A stretch of 64,000 bases of DNA from the NCBI GenBank assembly GCA_002633005.1, contig NMRA01000202.1, positions 370,688 through 434,687 of the forward strand. The letters are read 5' to 3'. Both the position numbers and the translations under genes were made by a program. This DNA comes from Phoronis australis (taxonomy: Eukaryota; Animalia; Phoronida). The notes under the pieces are model-generated. The model worked only from the letters and a program-made list of their open reading frames with translations, made no database searches and was not told the origin of the DNA. Shown in pieces: positions 38,241 to 52,480 of this stretch; positions within the stretch are counted from its first letter, which is position 1, and each line of letters opens with the position of its first letter.

Positions 38241-39602
38241 CTGTTGCTATGGGCCTGTACGTAGAAAGCCTAAGTAACGTCTCGGCCTTTCTTTATTTCG
38301 CAAAATTCCGACACCACTGCCCTCTTATTTTTATTAGTTAACCCCATGGATCCTACTCCGGTTGATCCCCAGGGCTGCGTGTTGCCAACCCTCGGCACCA
38401 GAGTCAACTCATAACAAACGGGACAAACCGGAGTAATTCCACTGGATACACTGATCACGTCAAGATCTTTACTAAAGAAGAACACTGGTACTTTAGGAAT
38501 TATAAAGAGGTCATCTTTGTTAAAACTAAAACCCCTGTCATGAATTGTGGCCTGGGATTTCAAGATCCTCGCATAAACGACGCTGCATTACAACCCGCCA
38601 ATCGTAGGCAAAATGGCCGTGACTGTAGGGTGCAGTTCGAAGCGTCGGAAACAGCTTGCGCGCTGACCCTGAGTAAGTGAACTACTTTACTTAATAATTA
38701 TATTGTTGAGGTAACCGCTTTGCGTCTTGTTGCGATGCGTTTTGCAGTGCCTTCATGTGACCAGAGTAGCGCTATAATTGTCAACGCCAAGACACAACCA
38801 GGAATTTCTGGAGTAGAAGGAATTCTCGAGTCAATTGCCCGATGTTAACAGCAGTCGAGGGGTCCTGGTCGTTTCTGTCGGAAAGGATTCTGCTGCTGAT
38901 CAAAATCAGCGTTGAGTGAATGGATTACAATATGCAACGTTTTTCAATAAGATTTCTGCAGGTGCTCATACACTGGTATAAATTCAAAAATCAATGTTTC
39001 CTCATAGTCTGCGATGGGTAGAACAGCACTCACCCTCGCGACCATCTCCAGCACACGCCTTCGCGCAGGCGCTAAATATGTTATAGACTGCTCCTTCTGA
39101 GACGCCGTAGCAGCTAGTTTCTACTTATATAAATACTACAATTTAACAAATATTTTTCTACTGAAAAGAGCATGACTGGCGTTAATTTTTGGACAAAATC
39201 CAACAATTACTACCGCCTCTATGGTGGTCTTCAGGACATTATTGATAACAATTTATAAAGAGAATGCGTGAGTCATTATTAACCCAAATAAGCCAGTTCG
39301 GTTTTTTGTTTATTAATTATAAACTTTTTTATTTGAATGTGTAAGCTAAATACTTGTTCATTGAATTGAATCAAAGTAAAATAATTTTTGTTATGAACAA
39401 GGATTAAAAACACCCCCTCAACAGGCTTTCTGTACACTTTAGGTAATTCAAGTTGTGGAAAACGTTATATGCATCCCAAAATGTGACTGAAGCTTAGCAA
39501 CGTGACCTGACAGCTTAGAAATGGACTAGTGTCACAATTTTATAAACTGCTCTTTTTTCATGGTTGAATGTAAGGTCTTTCATTAGGCAACTATAAGGGT
39601 TC

Positions 39603-39937
39603 TAGGCAATGACCATCGCCTCTGTTCTCCCGAACCAGAGGCGATGCAGAGGCTATAGGCGCTCTGTACGCCGGAAGCTTTTCGGCGAATTATGCCTCGC
39701 ACCGACTAAACCATCAAAGTCACGTTGTTATAAATACCTTTTGCGCATAGAGGAACACCTTAGGAGGTTGTCGATGTGTTTAAGTCCTTCCAACTCGAAC
39801 AAATACTCCCGTTATGAAACTTTTTCTTCGATCAAGGTATTTATAACAACGTGACTTTGATGGTTTAGTCGGTGCGAGGCATAATTCGCCGAAAAGCTTC
39901 CGGCGTACAGAGCGCCTATTGCCTCTGCATCGCCTCT
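39603..39937. mobile_element. Young MITE with a 104-bp near-perfect inverted repeat, asymmetric ends and an 8-9-bp TSD
   Basis: 39637-39740 pairs with 39834-39937 (one mismatch seen); (T)AAGGGTTC flanks both sides. Confidence 0.85.
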
Positions 39938-41241
39938 AAGGGTTCAAGAGTCTATATCAAAAAGCGACAACAAAAATCCACGTACTTGCAACTTTTTAGC
40001 GTTTTCTTGCTCCCCGAATTTGTTTTGGTTATATGTTCAATCAAACTTCCCCCATATACTTGTTTAACAATATTGAAGTAAACAAGTTAGTCACCAGTAG
40101 TCATTCACAGACCAAGGTCGTGAGCCATATGGTCTAACTGTGTATTGCTTCAACATTCATAGTTCCTGGAATCCCATACACAATAGTCTGTACCCTGCAT
40201 GTCTTTTATTTGACCTGCAGCCACTTAAGATATGCGCTGAGACTGATTGGTACATGACAGTGGAGACATCACAAGATAGAATCAAAATACCCCAAAAAAT
40301 TGAAATGACTATGTATGTACTCACAGTGCTCAATGCTCATTAAGTATTAGTAACATTTACACCTGCAATCACTAATTGGTAATTCATTTCATGTTATGTC
40401 AGTGTCTGTTTCATTAGCTTTTGACACCAAGGGTACTTGATACGTTTTCGGTATTTAATGGATTGAAGACAAGAAAGTGTTTCAAATGTGCCGAGCTGTA
40501 AACAATAGTTTGCCTACATAAATAGGAAAAGGTGGCAAAATCCGAAAGAATTTACCATCTCTCATCAGGAATAAAATCGTACTTATGTTTGATTCTCATA
40601 ACAGCATTACGCTAAGTTAAAGTATATACCCTTACCATGGACTTAAAAGTGGCAATCCTAGGCAGTCCGCAAAAGTTGAACTCTGGGGCTTTTTAAGAAC
40701 TTTCTATCAATAAAAGCAATTTGGTTGTGGTAAAAAGCCCATTTGGTCAGTAAAATTAAAACGGACTAAACAGAAAGGAAAGCTCAAAACTCCACAAAAA
40801 CAACGCTTTACCAATGTTTTCATGGATAATAAGCTACAGATGCCATTTAAAATCTTATTGTTGAAGAAAAAGAGTACCATACTCTATATGAAAATAAGCC
40901 CCTTAAAACAGATGTATAGGCCAGAATATTCTCATTAACAACTAACCATTTTTAGTTCGTTTAAATTTGTTTTGGTTAATTGATCTTCTTGTCATCACTC
41001 TTAAAATCACCCGGCCATATGTTCCTGCCAGGGATGACGTTTTTCAAATTATTCTTGTTGTTACTAAGTTGTTTCTTTATTGAATGCTGTCGTGAAATCC
41101 ATGTTCATTTTAAAATTTCTTTAAAGGTACCACGTAGCATACTACTATTTAGCTAACAGATTTCAGACGGTAATTATCTTTGTGTCAACTTGATTTGTTT
41201 TATATGAGCAACTTCTATGTCCCTTCCAGTATTCACACGAT

Positions 41242-44200
41242 TAGTCGGTGGGCCAGATCTCATACCGTTCATCCTTGTGAGTAGCCTACTTTGGGAGGGC
41301 AACCTAGTTTTTTCTATGTGGCTAGATAATATACCTATAAATCAAATTCCAAAAAGTTCCCACGTCTACACTTGCACATTTTTTAAAAAAGGTGTTCTTT
41401 AAAAAAGGTGTTTTTGTTGCACAAAATATGATGCACATTCCTGGCACTTGGTGGCGCTTTTCTATTGAATTGACCAATCAGAGAGCCAGATTGTATTGTT
41501 GTGCTTAGTTACTTCAATATGGCTGCTCCCATGGAGTGTGATGCCTGTATAATTCAAGGTTTATCAAACAGCACAAAATTGTGATGTCAGAGCCTAAAGA
41601 AGCTTAGGAAAGCTTCCTGACGAAAGCTGATGGACTGTGGAACTCTGTAGATCAGTAGATCAAAAAGAAGAAGAGGTGTCACAAATGTTTATGCAGAAAA
41701 CAGCTGCATGTCCTGGTGTAGCCTACACAGCATATTGCTGAGTGCTGTTGACTAGAAGACCAAGTGTCAGACCAAAAAATTGAAAGGACATAGAACGGCA
41801 TAGCAACGTTTCAAGGCACCAACAGTAGTACTACAGCTGAAGTTGCTGAAAGTGATACGGATGTTATCCAAGATTTCCCAAGAAAATCAATTATTCTTCC
41901 AACATCTGAAACACTCAATTAACCTGAACAAGATAGGAACATTCTGAAACATGAGTGCATCATATGTTAGCTGCAAAAGTATATTATGAACCATATTTCA
42001 AGAAAGAGAAAGAAGTATAGCTTTCAAAAACAGGTACGTGTTATTGAAAAGTATATCTTGGTGTTTTCCATGTGTGTTTCAGTATTATCACCTGTTGTTT
42101 TTTTAACTTGTTCAGCCCCTTGGCTGCCTAGGCCTTAGACAATACCGCTGACCCAGTAGATACGATGATCATAACATAGGTACTCCATATGCCGGATGCT
42201 TTTCGGCAAATTATGTTCCTATAAGTTTAGAAGTACCGTATAGAGAGATGTCTCTGAGGAGGTCGTTAATGTTTTCATTTGTTCCCAGTTTAAACAAATA
42301 CTCCTGCAATCCTGTTTTTCAAACACCTCACTGTTCAGTTGCCACATCGACACCGTTTGCGCTAAGGGATAATCCTATGGCGTTATACTCTGAGTGTGAT
42401 TTTAAAGCACTTTAAGTCAAAAATTTTTGAGAAGCTTAGTTGGAGTAGATGGTTGCAAACAACATGCCAGAGTGGCCGTCATCCCCTGCCGTAGTCCTGG
42501 GATAGGGGGAAACTCTTCTCAATTTTTTGTAAACATTACTTACTTAGGTAGTTGCAATGATAATTAAATTAAAGTGCCTAAGTAGCCATCGTCGCCGTCG
42601 AAATTTGAAGACGATGGAAGCCACTGTCCATTTCGTCAAACGTCGATTACCTTAAGTGTAAATCGATTGACTATGGTTTGAGCATCTGATTTAAAAAAAT
42701 TAAATTTCAATCCCTGCACTGGTATATCAGCTGATTTATTTTCAGTTGCATCAACTAATCTAATTATTAGACGATCAACATTTTTAGGCTACAGATGAGA
42801 CGGCATGTAAATTTGTTAGGCTGGTGGTGGATCAGTTCCTGATAAGTCCGTCTGAAAAAGTTGCATGCCAACTCACTCATAGTTGAATGTTTTTTTCAGT
42901 TGGACTTGTATAGCAAGCAACAGCTCAGTCCAGAGCCCTGAATATGCAAATGAAATTCAAAGATAAAGACCTTGTGTCTTAGAAGCCAAGTACCACAGAT
43001 CATCATGCTATAAAAAATAGAAAGACAACGATTGTGAAGAGTGACGAATCCACAGTTTTCAGAGATGTTTTTCTACAGTTTTGTTTGGAGTTCATTGAAT
43101 CAAAGCTTCTAACACAAGGAGATGTCATTTGCTTTTCAAAACTAAAGCAAGACTTTGAAGCAGTTCTTCAGAAAGCTGGTGTGCATGAAGTTATTTGGAC
43201 AGGCAATCTTAAGAAATATTTTTGAAGCTACTCACTGTTGCAATTTGTGCCCGACTAAGAGATACGAAAGTGAATTGAGGCTAGTGTTCAATAATTCACT
43301 TGCTGACTCTAATTAACACAGCCCATTATAACATATTTTGAATCAAACGTTTGCCCAAATCCTGCCCGCCTCCAAAGAAGGGCTTAATGTTTGACCCTTC
43401 ATTGCCTGAGGGCCAATCACCAGTGTGCAGTGCTGTGCCCTCTCTAATCGACCATAGATGGCTCCTTGGGGTGGAGCTTTGCAGTTAAAATGTATGGCAA
43501 TGACCGCATCTCATTGACAGTACTAAACGATGAACGCTGCAAGTGCAAAAAGAACATGTGTGCTGGGAAATTGAGTTTGTGCTGCAATGCTGGGTCAAAC
43601 TGTACAGAAATGTGCAGCTGTGACAACTGTAGTAACATCAGCAACAGTGACTGCATAACATTGGATAGTTCTTTGACAAGTCAACCCTAAATAGACCTCC
43701 AGCCCCGTTATTTCGTTTTTTGTATTAAAAAGTTAATTTTATTTGTTGATTAAGTCATACTTTGATCATTGTCATGTTTTTATCTCATACTGCTTGATAA
43801 ACGCTGTCAGAATAATCTATTATTTTCATACAGTCTGTGTGCACATGCACAGAGATCATTCAACTATATTGTTTTTGTTCTATAACGTTTTTCTGGTGTA
43901 TTATGCAAACAAGCTGTATTTTACACCATTAGTCAATGTTTTAGTCATTGAGGCACAAATTTTGCCCAGTCTCAAGTGTTTTGTGTTATTTTTGTTGCCA
44001 GACAATGCCAGAATAACTTCCTAGTAACATTCAGATTTAGTTTGCATTTTTGCCACCAGGTGTCTCTTTACATTTTTTAAATTTCACTGTTTACAATTAA
44101 TTTACAATAGTAAAACATGTAATGTGAGTGTAATATTGTTCAATACAATGGCACTGATGGGACCATATTAATTGTTTTACAGAAGTCACCAAACTGTTGT

Positions 44201-44412
44201 TTTTACAAATATAAGTTTACTAAGCTCTTTGGTGATTATTAAGTAACTTCAAACTCAAATTTCTCAAAAATGTGCAACTTTATATGTGGTAACTTTTTAG
44301 ATTTTGAAAACACTCTAATAAATGAATTAAAAAACACCAAAATAAAATTGCCCCCTAAAGCACTCACAAAAACCAATTTCTAGAGGCCCTACAAATTCTG
44401 GTCCACCGACTA
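41242..44412 (+). mobile_element. Internally deleted Academ DNA transposon
   Basis: GAT|TAGTCGGTGGGCCAGA...TCTGGTCCACCGACTA|GAT gives TAG termini with a 3-bp TSD. Coding relics include ECIIC (~41953), EAKYH..SCY (~42982), RANHQ...GW and the C-terminal Cys cluster RCKCKKNMC...CC...CTEMCSCDNCSN (~43516-43635). Confidence 0.88.
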
Positions 44413-45294
44413 GATGTTTTGCTTATTTCTGTAGCAAACATGCTGACCTACTTCTCATTCATAGAAGCATTGCAAGAGACAAGATGATCATTAACGCGTG
44501 TGGCAGGAAAGGTGGTAGCTGCTTTCTGCATGACTTCGCACCACGATTTCGATTAAAACAGCAGAATGAAAAATGATGAGCGTTACCTAAACATGAACAG
44601 TGGAGCTTACAATCTCCAGCTGTGGTGATTTGTGTTGTCCTGTTCCCAGCATGTTTCTCTCACTATGTACTGCCCATCGGGCCCAAATCAAACTTTAATT
44701 GAATATGAGCAGAATTCGACAGCTTAATGCACGCACTTCACGAAGGCGAACATATTCCCTTTATATGTGAGCGATACTATGGTGGACGTTTTGTTTTATA
44801 ATATCTTAAGCATTTACACGTTAGGAAAAAAATTAACGTTGTTAACTTCGTGTGATTGGAAATATTCTTATACATGTAACTACTACAAATTCATTCAGTG
44901 AATGAATGCGCTTATTTAATAAACCAAGTGAAAATTTATAAATAATTCCGATATTCATGTGGCCTGCAGAACAGCCATTGATTGTTCTAAAACTGATATC
45001 TGTGTATACACAACTTTACAAGTGTTTGTATGTGGTTTCTATTCTACATCACTTTGTTATGTTCAGTTTTACACTAGTGTACTTCTAAATGAATGATTAT
45101 TGTTCTTCTGGGTCCATGTTGTTTTAGTTATTGTCTGCAGGTCTGCTGGATGTTAAAATTTGACAATGTATTCAGTTCCTGCAACTTTGGTTCTAATTGT
45201 CTCACATTAGATGTTTGGCAGTCTTTCTTGAATAAACATGCTGCGATGAAGAAATTGGGATTGTTTATTTTACATAAGCTTAATTAGTATTGAG

Positions 45295-45518
45295 CAGTGG
45301 CAGATCTACGTTTTCAGTAAGGGGGGTAGGACTTGCGCGAATCCGAAGCGCGTAGCACCGAGCGGGGGGAGGTCGGGAGGGTGTTTCTTCCCACCCGTGT
45401 AAGATGTTTTTGGTTTTCAGTATCTGATTTCGTTTTCCTGGCGACAGTCTTTAATTTTTATTTTTAATCCTGTCCCGAGGGGGTTGAACTCCATGACCCC
45501 CCTGTAGGTCCGCCTCTG
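45295..45518. mobile_element. CAGTGGC-type MITE, degenerate
   Basis: cagtggcagatctac...gtaggtccgcctctg inverted ends; TSD not preserved. Confidence 0.6.
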
Positions 45519-46514
45519 CGGTAGAACTACGAGTGACATTTGGATTTATTGTTATTGCTTGGACCTTCCTGGGTTCTGGTTTGATCTGTAGGTTTTGAAA
45601 TTTCTTAATTTACGTAAGACAATGCTTTGATTAACGTTTGCATGAAAAATAATGAGATTCTGAGCGTATGCATAAAATAGGTATTTCGGGTCTTCACTTG
45701 TCTCACTGGTCCATCTAGTATTATACAATTCCTGGTGTTCACTTTACCACAGAAAGCTTGCTGTTTCTATAAACTGTGTGTCAGTTTGGGTCATATCCCT
45801 CAAAGTGTTTATTCAATGCAATTGGTCTTGAAAAGTAGTTCCATCCATTCAGTTGTGGTTTTCAGTAAGGGTCTGATGTGTCAGTCAGCAATTAGCCTGG
45901 TGTTTATTGTAGTTATATATCGTTTATGATAAGGAACCTGAAAATTGTGAGACCGAACTTTCCTCATGGCTCGCAAATTGACTTGATGCCAAACAGGGAT
46001 TCAAAAAAAGTTACCAATATTCTACATAGGCGATGAATGCAAGAATAATGTCGAAGCTTCGCCAAGTGTCATTGAATTTTGGCATAGTGTAAAGACCTTT
46101 TGAAACGACACAGCATATAATGTGCTTTTCCCACAGTAGACATTTGCTAGCTGTCAATTAAGAGGCAAGCGTAGTTCCACTAACGTGGTTTGTCTTCGCT
46201 AATTAAAGAGAATAAGGTACACCGTGCACTGGTGCATGCATGGGTCAAGGATGTCAACGATTAAGTTCGAAAACAAATGTAATCTAAGATCTAAGGTCCA
46301 CATGCGAACATTGGTGACTGTGAGGCACTTGTTTGAACGAATGCAATGCACGCATTCTCAAAAAAACTGATTGGGTTGCTATGAAATTCACGTCTTTAAT
46401 GAAATATGAGCACTTTCTATTAGCAACTTCCGGATTCACGCGTGCATTGCATGAAAGAGCGCAATGCACGCGTTCTCAAAATTGCATGTTGGCGTTCCAT
46501 GGAACAGTATGAAC

Positions 46515-46653
46515 CAGGGGCGGATCCAGGATTTTTAGTTAGGGTGGGCCAGGGCAGAGTATTAGCCAGGACTTTCGCACCTCCCCCCAATTGTCAAATG
46601 GAATCTGGAAGTTTTTTTGGGGGGGAACATGGCTCCCCTCTGAATCCGCCTGT
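46515..46653. mobile_element. hAT5-like MITE (family of 30094)
   Basis: TGAAC|CAGGGGCGGATCCAGG...ATCCGCCTGTG|TTAAC; the internal gggcagagtattagc is shared with the 30094 copy. Confidence 0.8.
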
Positions 46654-47341
46654 GTTAACGACCACTGCGAATGGATGAAGAAAAACAAAATACCATAAAA
46701 AAAAAATCATGTTTTGGAGTGACACCGTCTTTTGCGGCTTAAACCCCACATTCTACTTCTCTAAAATATTCAACACTGTAAATTAATAACGTTACAAATG
46801 GACAGGACAAATCTTACTCATTAGTTGTCCAACGACATTTCTCGCATTTAGTCAAAATAATTTTGACCAGCAGTTTTTAAAATCTGTCAACACTGCGATT
46901 ATTTTTCCTTGTCCTTACTTGTTTATGGGCTTTTGATGAGTCATCTCTGTCGATGAAAATGAGTATTTGTACACACGTAAAGATAAAACATTTGTAATGA
47001 ATGGAGTTTTTACTTCTTTTAATCAATTTTGACGTGTTACAAGGAGACAAGTCTACAGCTGTCACACAATTCATCGAAAAATTGGAGGCGACAATCGCGA
47101 CAATAGCACAAGTATTCGTGGATATTCGGTTAATTACGTAAGCTAATTAATCTCGTCATTTACTTATGATCGTCTTGAACTCTTGCGGCAACGTTGGGGC
47201 CAGGTACATGTTCTCTTGCATGTACAATGGATCAATCAAGAGACGTAGTGAGGGATGACTGCTACACGAATCACAGCCAGCATTCGGTATTGAACTACCC
47301 AATCGTTGGGTCCCATACAGGAACGCAAGTTTTACACCAGT

Positions 47342-47353
47342 CAGCCAGCCAGC

Positions 47354-47391
<38 letters not shown>
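47342..47391. repeat. (CAGC)n microsatellite
   Basis: Directly visible. Confidence 0.95.
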
Positions 47392-50300
47392 AACAACCAA
47401 TGCTTGGTATGAGCGATGTGGTGATACAGAGACGCGCAAAACCTCAATCACAGGCAAGTAGAGACACCACCAAAGGACGGCAAAAGGAATGAATTGGAAA
47501 TATGTCATTTAATTGTGTAGATTGACATGAACCGATTCTAGAGCGATACAAATCTGAGCATGTTCATTAGCGCTAGTCACTCACGAGATACATTAATAAA
47601 CGTGATACCGTGACTTTGTTATGCAAATGATGACCATTGAGACTGTAAACCCGTCTCCTTCATTACTATTCCACGTGACAGTCAATCACTTCTCACTGAC
47701 GGCCATTTTGAACCTTGATACTACACACGTAAAGTTCCGAGCTTACTCGTGAAACATAACGAGATTTGAAGAAGGTGAATAATAGATTTGTACAAAACGC
47801 AACCTACACCTCTATATAACATTAAAGTCACTAGATACCTGCATACTACAAAAAAGTATAAATTTTGATTCAAAATTCTTACCGCAATAAAACTAGTATC
47901 AACCCGTTATTGCTTGAGAACACGCTCTGCACATAAAATGAACCCGCGAGCAGAGCCAAATTCTGGAACTTGCTCTCCCGGAATAAAGAACTTCCAGATT
48001 TTCCCAAGCTGAGAAAGTGACATCTTGAGAGAAATTTCACAACAGCTTTAAGCATTCAAACAAGATATCTGCCTAACTTAATGTCATTTTAAGAGGTGGT
48101 TTCTAATATTCTGCTAGCATGTAGATCGAATTGCCTTGTTCAAAATCGTCATTTTTGATTTTCCATATTCTGTTTTCTTTAAACGGACACAGACGATTTT
48201 ACACATTTTGGCGGTTATTCTGGATTAGGATTAGAAGCTTCGTAAAATTAGTTGACCAGAACTATGGAACGCTAAAATTTGTTGCGCTAAAATTTGATGC
48301 GGTATTTTCAGATGCTTACCTTTTCCAAAAACAGTTCACCTGATATCAACAAAGTAGAGCGGCTGTGACTTTTCAAAGAAATGTTCACCATTTCCGTTTG
48401 GAAGAAGAGACTAGAAGGTTCAAAAAGGAGGTTGGCTCAGAACAAAAACAAATGGTCTCTGCACTATAAATGGCGTGCCTATTGTTTAACCCCTCAATAA
48501 GTCCTCAAACCACAAAGTCACAAATCCTCATGTGAAGTAGTTCAGCAAGTATTTTGAGAACCAGTTTGATGCCCGTTAGTTAGTGGAAAAAAACTGGTTC
48601 TCGAAATTCAGGCACGTTATATCATACCATTACCGTCACCATATTCAGTTAGTTAAAACGAAATTTGAATTGTGCCTTTTACTCTCATGGAATCGGTCCC
48701 GTAATATTCGATATTGTAAAAGGGCTATATTTCCGTTATCAACGAAAACGTCGAAACCATATGGACCCAATAAAGCACGTCAGCGCTTACTGGGGTTGAT
48801 CAACTCTAAAATTGCGGGTTCAAAAATCGCGCCTGCAACTTGAGATGCCTGCTCATTGATCAACAATTCTAGATCACTGTTCTACGCCGCTATGAAGAAG
48901 TCGTAGATCTAATGTACCTGCCATATAACGCGTAGCGAGATATTCTATAACATTTCTGATGAGCGTCGCGTTCAAAATGTGACTGCATAAGGCTGCAAAC
49001 TGAAGTATTTTCCCTGCGTACTAGAGACTGTTATTTTCAGGTTAGAGCGCTCATAAATTTCAGATTAATCTAAAAGGAATGGTGCTTAGGTTCTTTAAAC
49101 TCGGTTCTTTATATTCAAGTTATCAGCGTTGTAATATTATACCATCCGCATCGCGCATAGAATGCAGTGGAAGAATTAGTATTTTATCAGATAGCGACAG
49201 CGAATTTCACATTCCAGCAAAAAGGGGAACCCGTTTCTCGGAATTCTTACTCCCAAGTAGATACTGCATGCATTGTACTTTTTGTTGAGAACAGGGCTCC
49301 AATGCATTTTCATCGACGGGCGATTTAAGGCGGGCGGGACAAGAGCCACGAATGATAGTCATGAAATATGCAAATCTAGGGATCGGTTTAGAAGAGTCTG
49401 ATAAAAGGCTTAAATTACGTGAGTCAGCAAATCGTGTCGGTTGTTCATGTCAGTATTCAAGATTGCATGCTTCAATTTTAATTGATACAAACCAATCGTT
49501 TAAATTTACACTTGGGATCGGCTTGTTTTCATAGTGTCCCGAGAGAATCGTTGGTTCGTTCACAGACTTCGTACATTTGGGCGATAGTTTCTCACTTGTT
49601 TCTTTGAAAGCAATGCGTCATATTGATGGAACAAGACAAAGAAACCATGCATGCGCTTACGTAATTTTGACTTTATTTTTAACGCTTTGGAAACATGACC
49701 CCATTTTCTATGGTCAGTGTAACAGAGATCCTACTCTGTTGATTCTAGTTCACAAAGCTGAATTTTGCCCCCGCTAGTGTAGCCCTCCATTTTCGGTGCC
49801 CCCTCACCAATCATAAAATCTGACTTCCGAAATGGCCGCGCCATATTGAAATTCACTAACCCACCAGATGGCGATCTGGTCTTTGGTGGACAGGTGTTCA
49901 GCGCCACCTAGAGATCTCATGTAATACCGGCGTGAGGTTTCAACTACTGGTATAAACAGCTCTTTAACACCTTTCCTGTTATAATGCCGGCAAATTTTCA
50001 ATGCTGTGCGGTGGGGTGTACTAATGCCTTACGAAAAAGGAAAGTCCTTTGATGAGCAAGGACGTCCTGTTCCATACATTTCCCACTAACTGAGAAGAAG
50101 TAGCCACGACAAAGCCAATGCCTGCTGTTGCATTTTTATCTCAGCCGGTGTCAGAAGCTAAAACAAATTAGTGAACTTTAACGTTTCAAACAATGGGAGG
50201 GACTAGCAGTGAAATTTATTTCTCTGCTTTTATATTTATGAACCACTATGTAGTAATTACATTTCTGTCCACATGCAGGCGGGATCAATCGGAAGTCAGT

Positions 50301-51156
50301 TTCGTGCTGCCATTACTCTAGAGAGCACCAATATGAAAAGTCCCCTATTCGGCGACAGCTCACAAACTGTTTTCGTTTTGGCTCCACAATATTCCTTTTC
50401 ACATCTCGTTCAAAGTGGCGAACGGTGCACTTGCTATGTTTTGATATCAAAAGCACCTGCCGATGCGTTGCTTTAGTAGCTGATTATACGAAATCAGTAA
50501 AATATCTGCACTCTTTTGACACATTATCTACTATAAACAGTAGTTGGGTCATTTTTCACAGGTTAAAGGGTCTACACATTAAATTAAGACCCCGCGAAAG
50601 ACAGCTCTTGGCTAGGGGCCAAACTAGGCGTTTCAACAGAGGGAGTGTCACACGTAATTTGCCCAACTTCCTGGTAAACTCGTTTCAAACTATTCGGCAG
50701 ATTGGACGAGACAGTGCAAGCAGATGTGTTTAATTTCCTGGCAGTGTTACCTTTTCTTAAAGCTTTTTGGTCGATTTGACGTGCTTCACTCTCTGTAGGT
50801 GTCATGAACCTCTTCTATAGACCGAACTAGAAGTGGTGACGCAAGTTAGGCAAATGTTTATCGATCCGAATAAAGCCATGTTCCCTCGCTTTCACCACCT
50901 GGGCACAGATTTTTATGTTCCAGCTTTCTTGAATGACAATTTGCATTTGACTTGAGTAATGATGTCAGAAATAGGTAACAAAACCAAGTAACAGCGATTC
51001 AGCCGGTCCGACACACAGTGTTTCGCGTTTTGCCAGTAGAGCCTATGGACAAGAGATTCCCAGGTCCGATATTTTCACATTAATACCCAGACGAGGCTTC
51101 ACGTTCCGTTTAGTGGGCAGACAATTTACTTGTCGGAAGTAAAATTGTGACTTACG

Positions 51157-52266
51157 CCAGATGTCACTAGTGAATAGTGACGTCACGGCCAATAGTGTAG
51201 GTTGTGCCTTGTTCCGGCGTACGATCACAGATTTTGTCCATTGCTAATGTACAAATTTAGCGGTCCATGTTTATGGTAGAATTAAAAGCTAATGTTACTA
51301 GCAGCCGCGTATTTTAAGCGTATTTAACTAATGAAGTAAACGGTTTCGATTTCGTTTTACTGAATAGCCGGATGGCGGCAATCGATGATTTCATATACCA
51401 AAAACAAGACGGTTTTTTTGAAGTTCGATTATAGCTAATAACTTAAGGGTGTCTTCAGAATAATAATCCCAAGCATGCGCTTTTCGACCCTACACCTAAT
51501 ATATCCCTGTAAAGTCTCGTGCAGCGCCAACGTAGAACACCATTGTTTTGGTTAATGTTTTGGTGTGGAAGTTATTGTTTTTGTGTTGAAAGTTAGCGTT
51601 TCTAATCACACGCGATAAAACCTTTGACCCAAACTCATTCACTGTTTCACCGATTATTTCAACGGAAAGATTCACCACTACTTATTTGATTCGTTCAGGC
51701 TATTTCGCGAGTTCGTCTTAACCGCTACCTCGGTATTACACTGTAATTATCGTTTATCGTCAAATCAGCTAGCAATGTTGAGCTTAAATAAAAATGACAT
51801 TTCATCGAAACCCCTTTTGCACCACTATATTAAATTTCGTTAGGACACGTTTTTCGACGGCAGTTAATCCAAGTTATTGAATTAGTCAAAGCATTTGCAA
51901 AATTTATTGTCATTTTACATGGCCCAAAACAAACATTTTGAAATTGATTGTCCATCGTTGATAAATATTTTAAGTCCATCGCAGACGTCAATCATTGACT
52001 GACGACAGTTTTTACGAAAATCCGAACCTTAGGTCAACTATTGTGTTCCTTTGTTTGCAGGCTTTTCTTCCCGTAACAAGATATTGGGAATTGGACGCTA
52101 GCATTTATGTGATATCACGTTTTTGAATGAGCATAGAAAAACTGTCGTTTATTTATTGCATCATAGACTTTAGTACATGGACCGCCAACTCCGTATACTT
52201 TCAATGGACGAAATCTGTGATCTTACGCATAAGCCCTTACGTCATTATTCACTGGCGACACCTGGC
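51157..52266. mobile_element. Old element with ~100-bp imperfect inverted arms
   Basis: gccagatgtcactagtgaatagtgacgt...gatcacagattttgtccattg...gcggtccatg pairs with catggaccgc...caatggacgaaatctgtgatc...acgtcattattcactggcgacacctggc. Confidence 0.65.
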
Positions 52267-52311
52267 TAAATTTTCTGGTGCAATTTCCGTCAAGCACGTC
52301 GTCTGCTAATC

Positions 52312-52480
52312 ATGGTAGGCTTCTGTGAGGCAGGTTGTTCGGCCACACAGGCGAAATGCAAAGGAATTAGCTTCCATGCCATCCGAAGACCCCATAATCG
52401 GCTGTGTCAACGTGAATGGCAGTTGTTTTAGCAATGAGACTTTATACATTTGTTCAAGACACTTTGAAGATGAACGTTGT
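52312..52480 (+). pseudogene. THAP domain relic
   Basis: MVGFCEAGCSATQAKCKGISFH, a frameshift, then ...LYICSRHFEDE. Confidence 0.75.

Noticed and set aside
48955-48980. CTGATGA motif as a hammerhead core
   Set aside because: No GAAA after the short stem and no closing stem.
50380-50450. Minus-strand KHSKCTVRHFE, weakly THAP-like
   Set aside because: No matching N-terminal CxxxxC or conserved Trp could be found.
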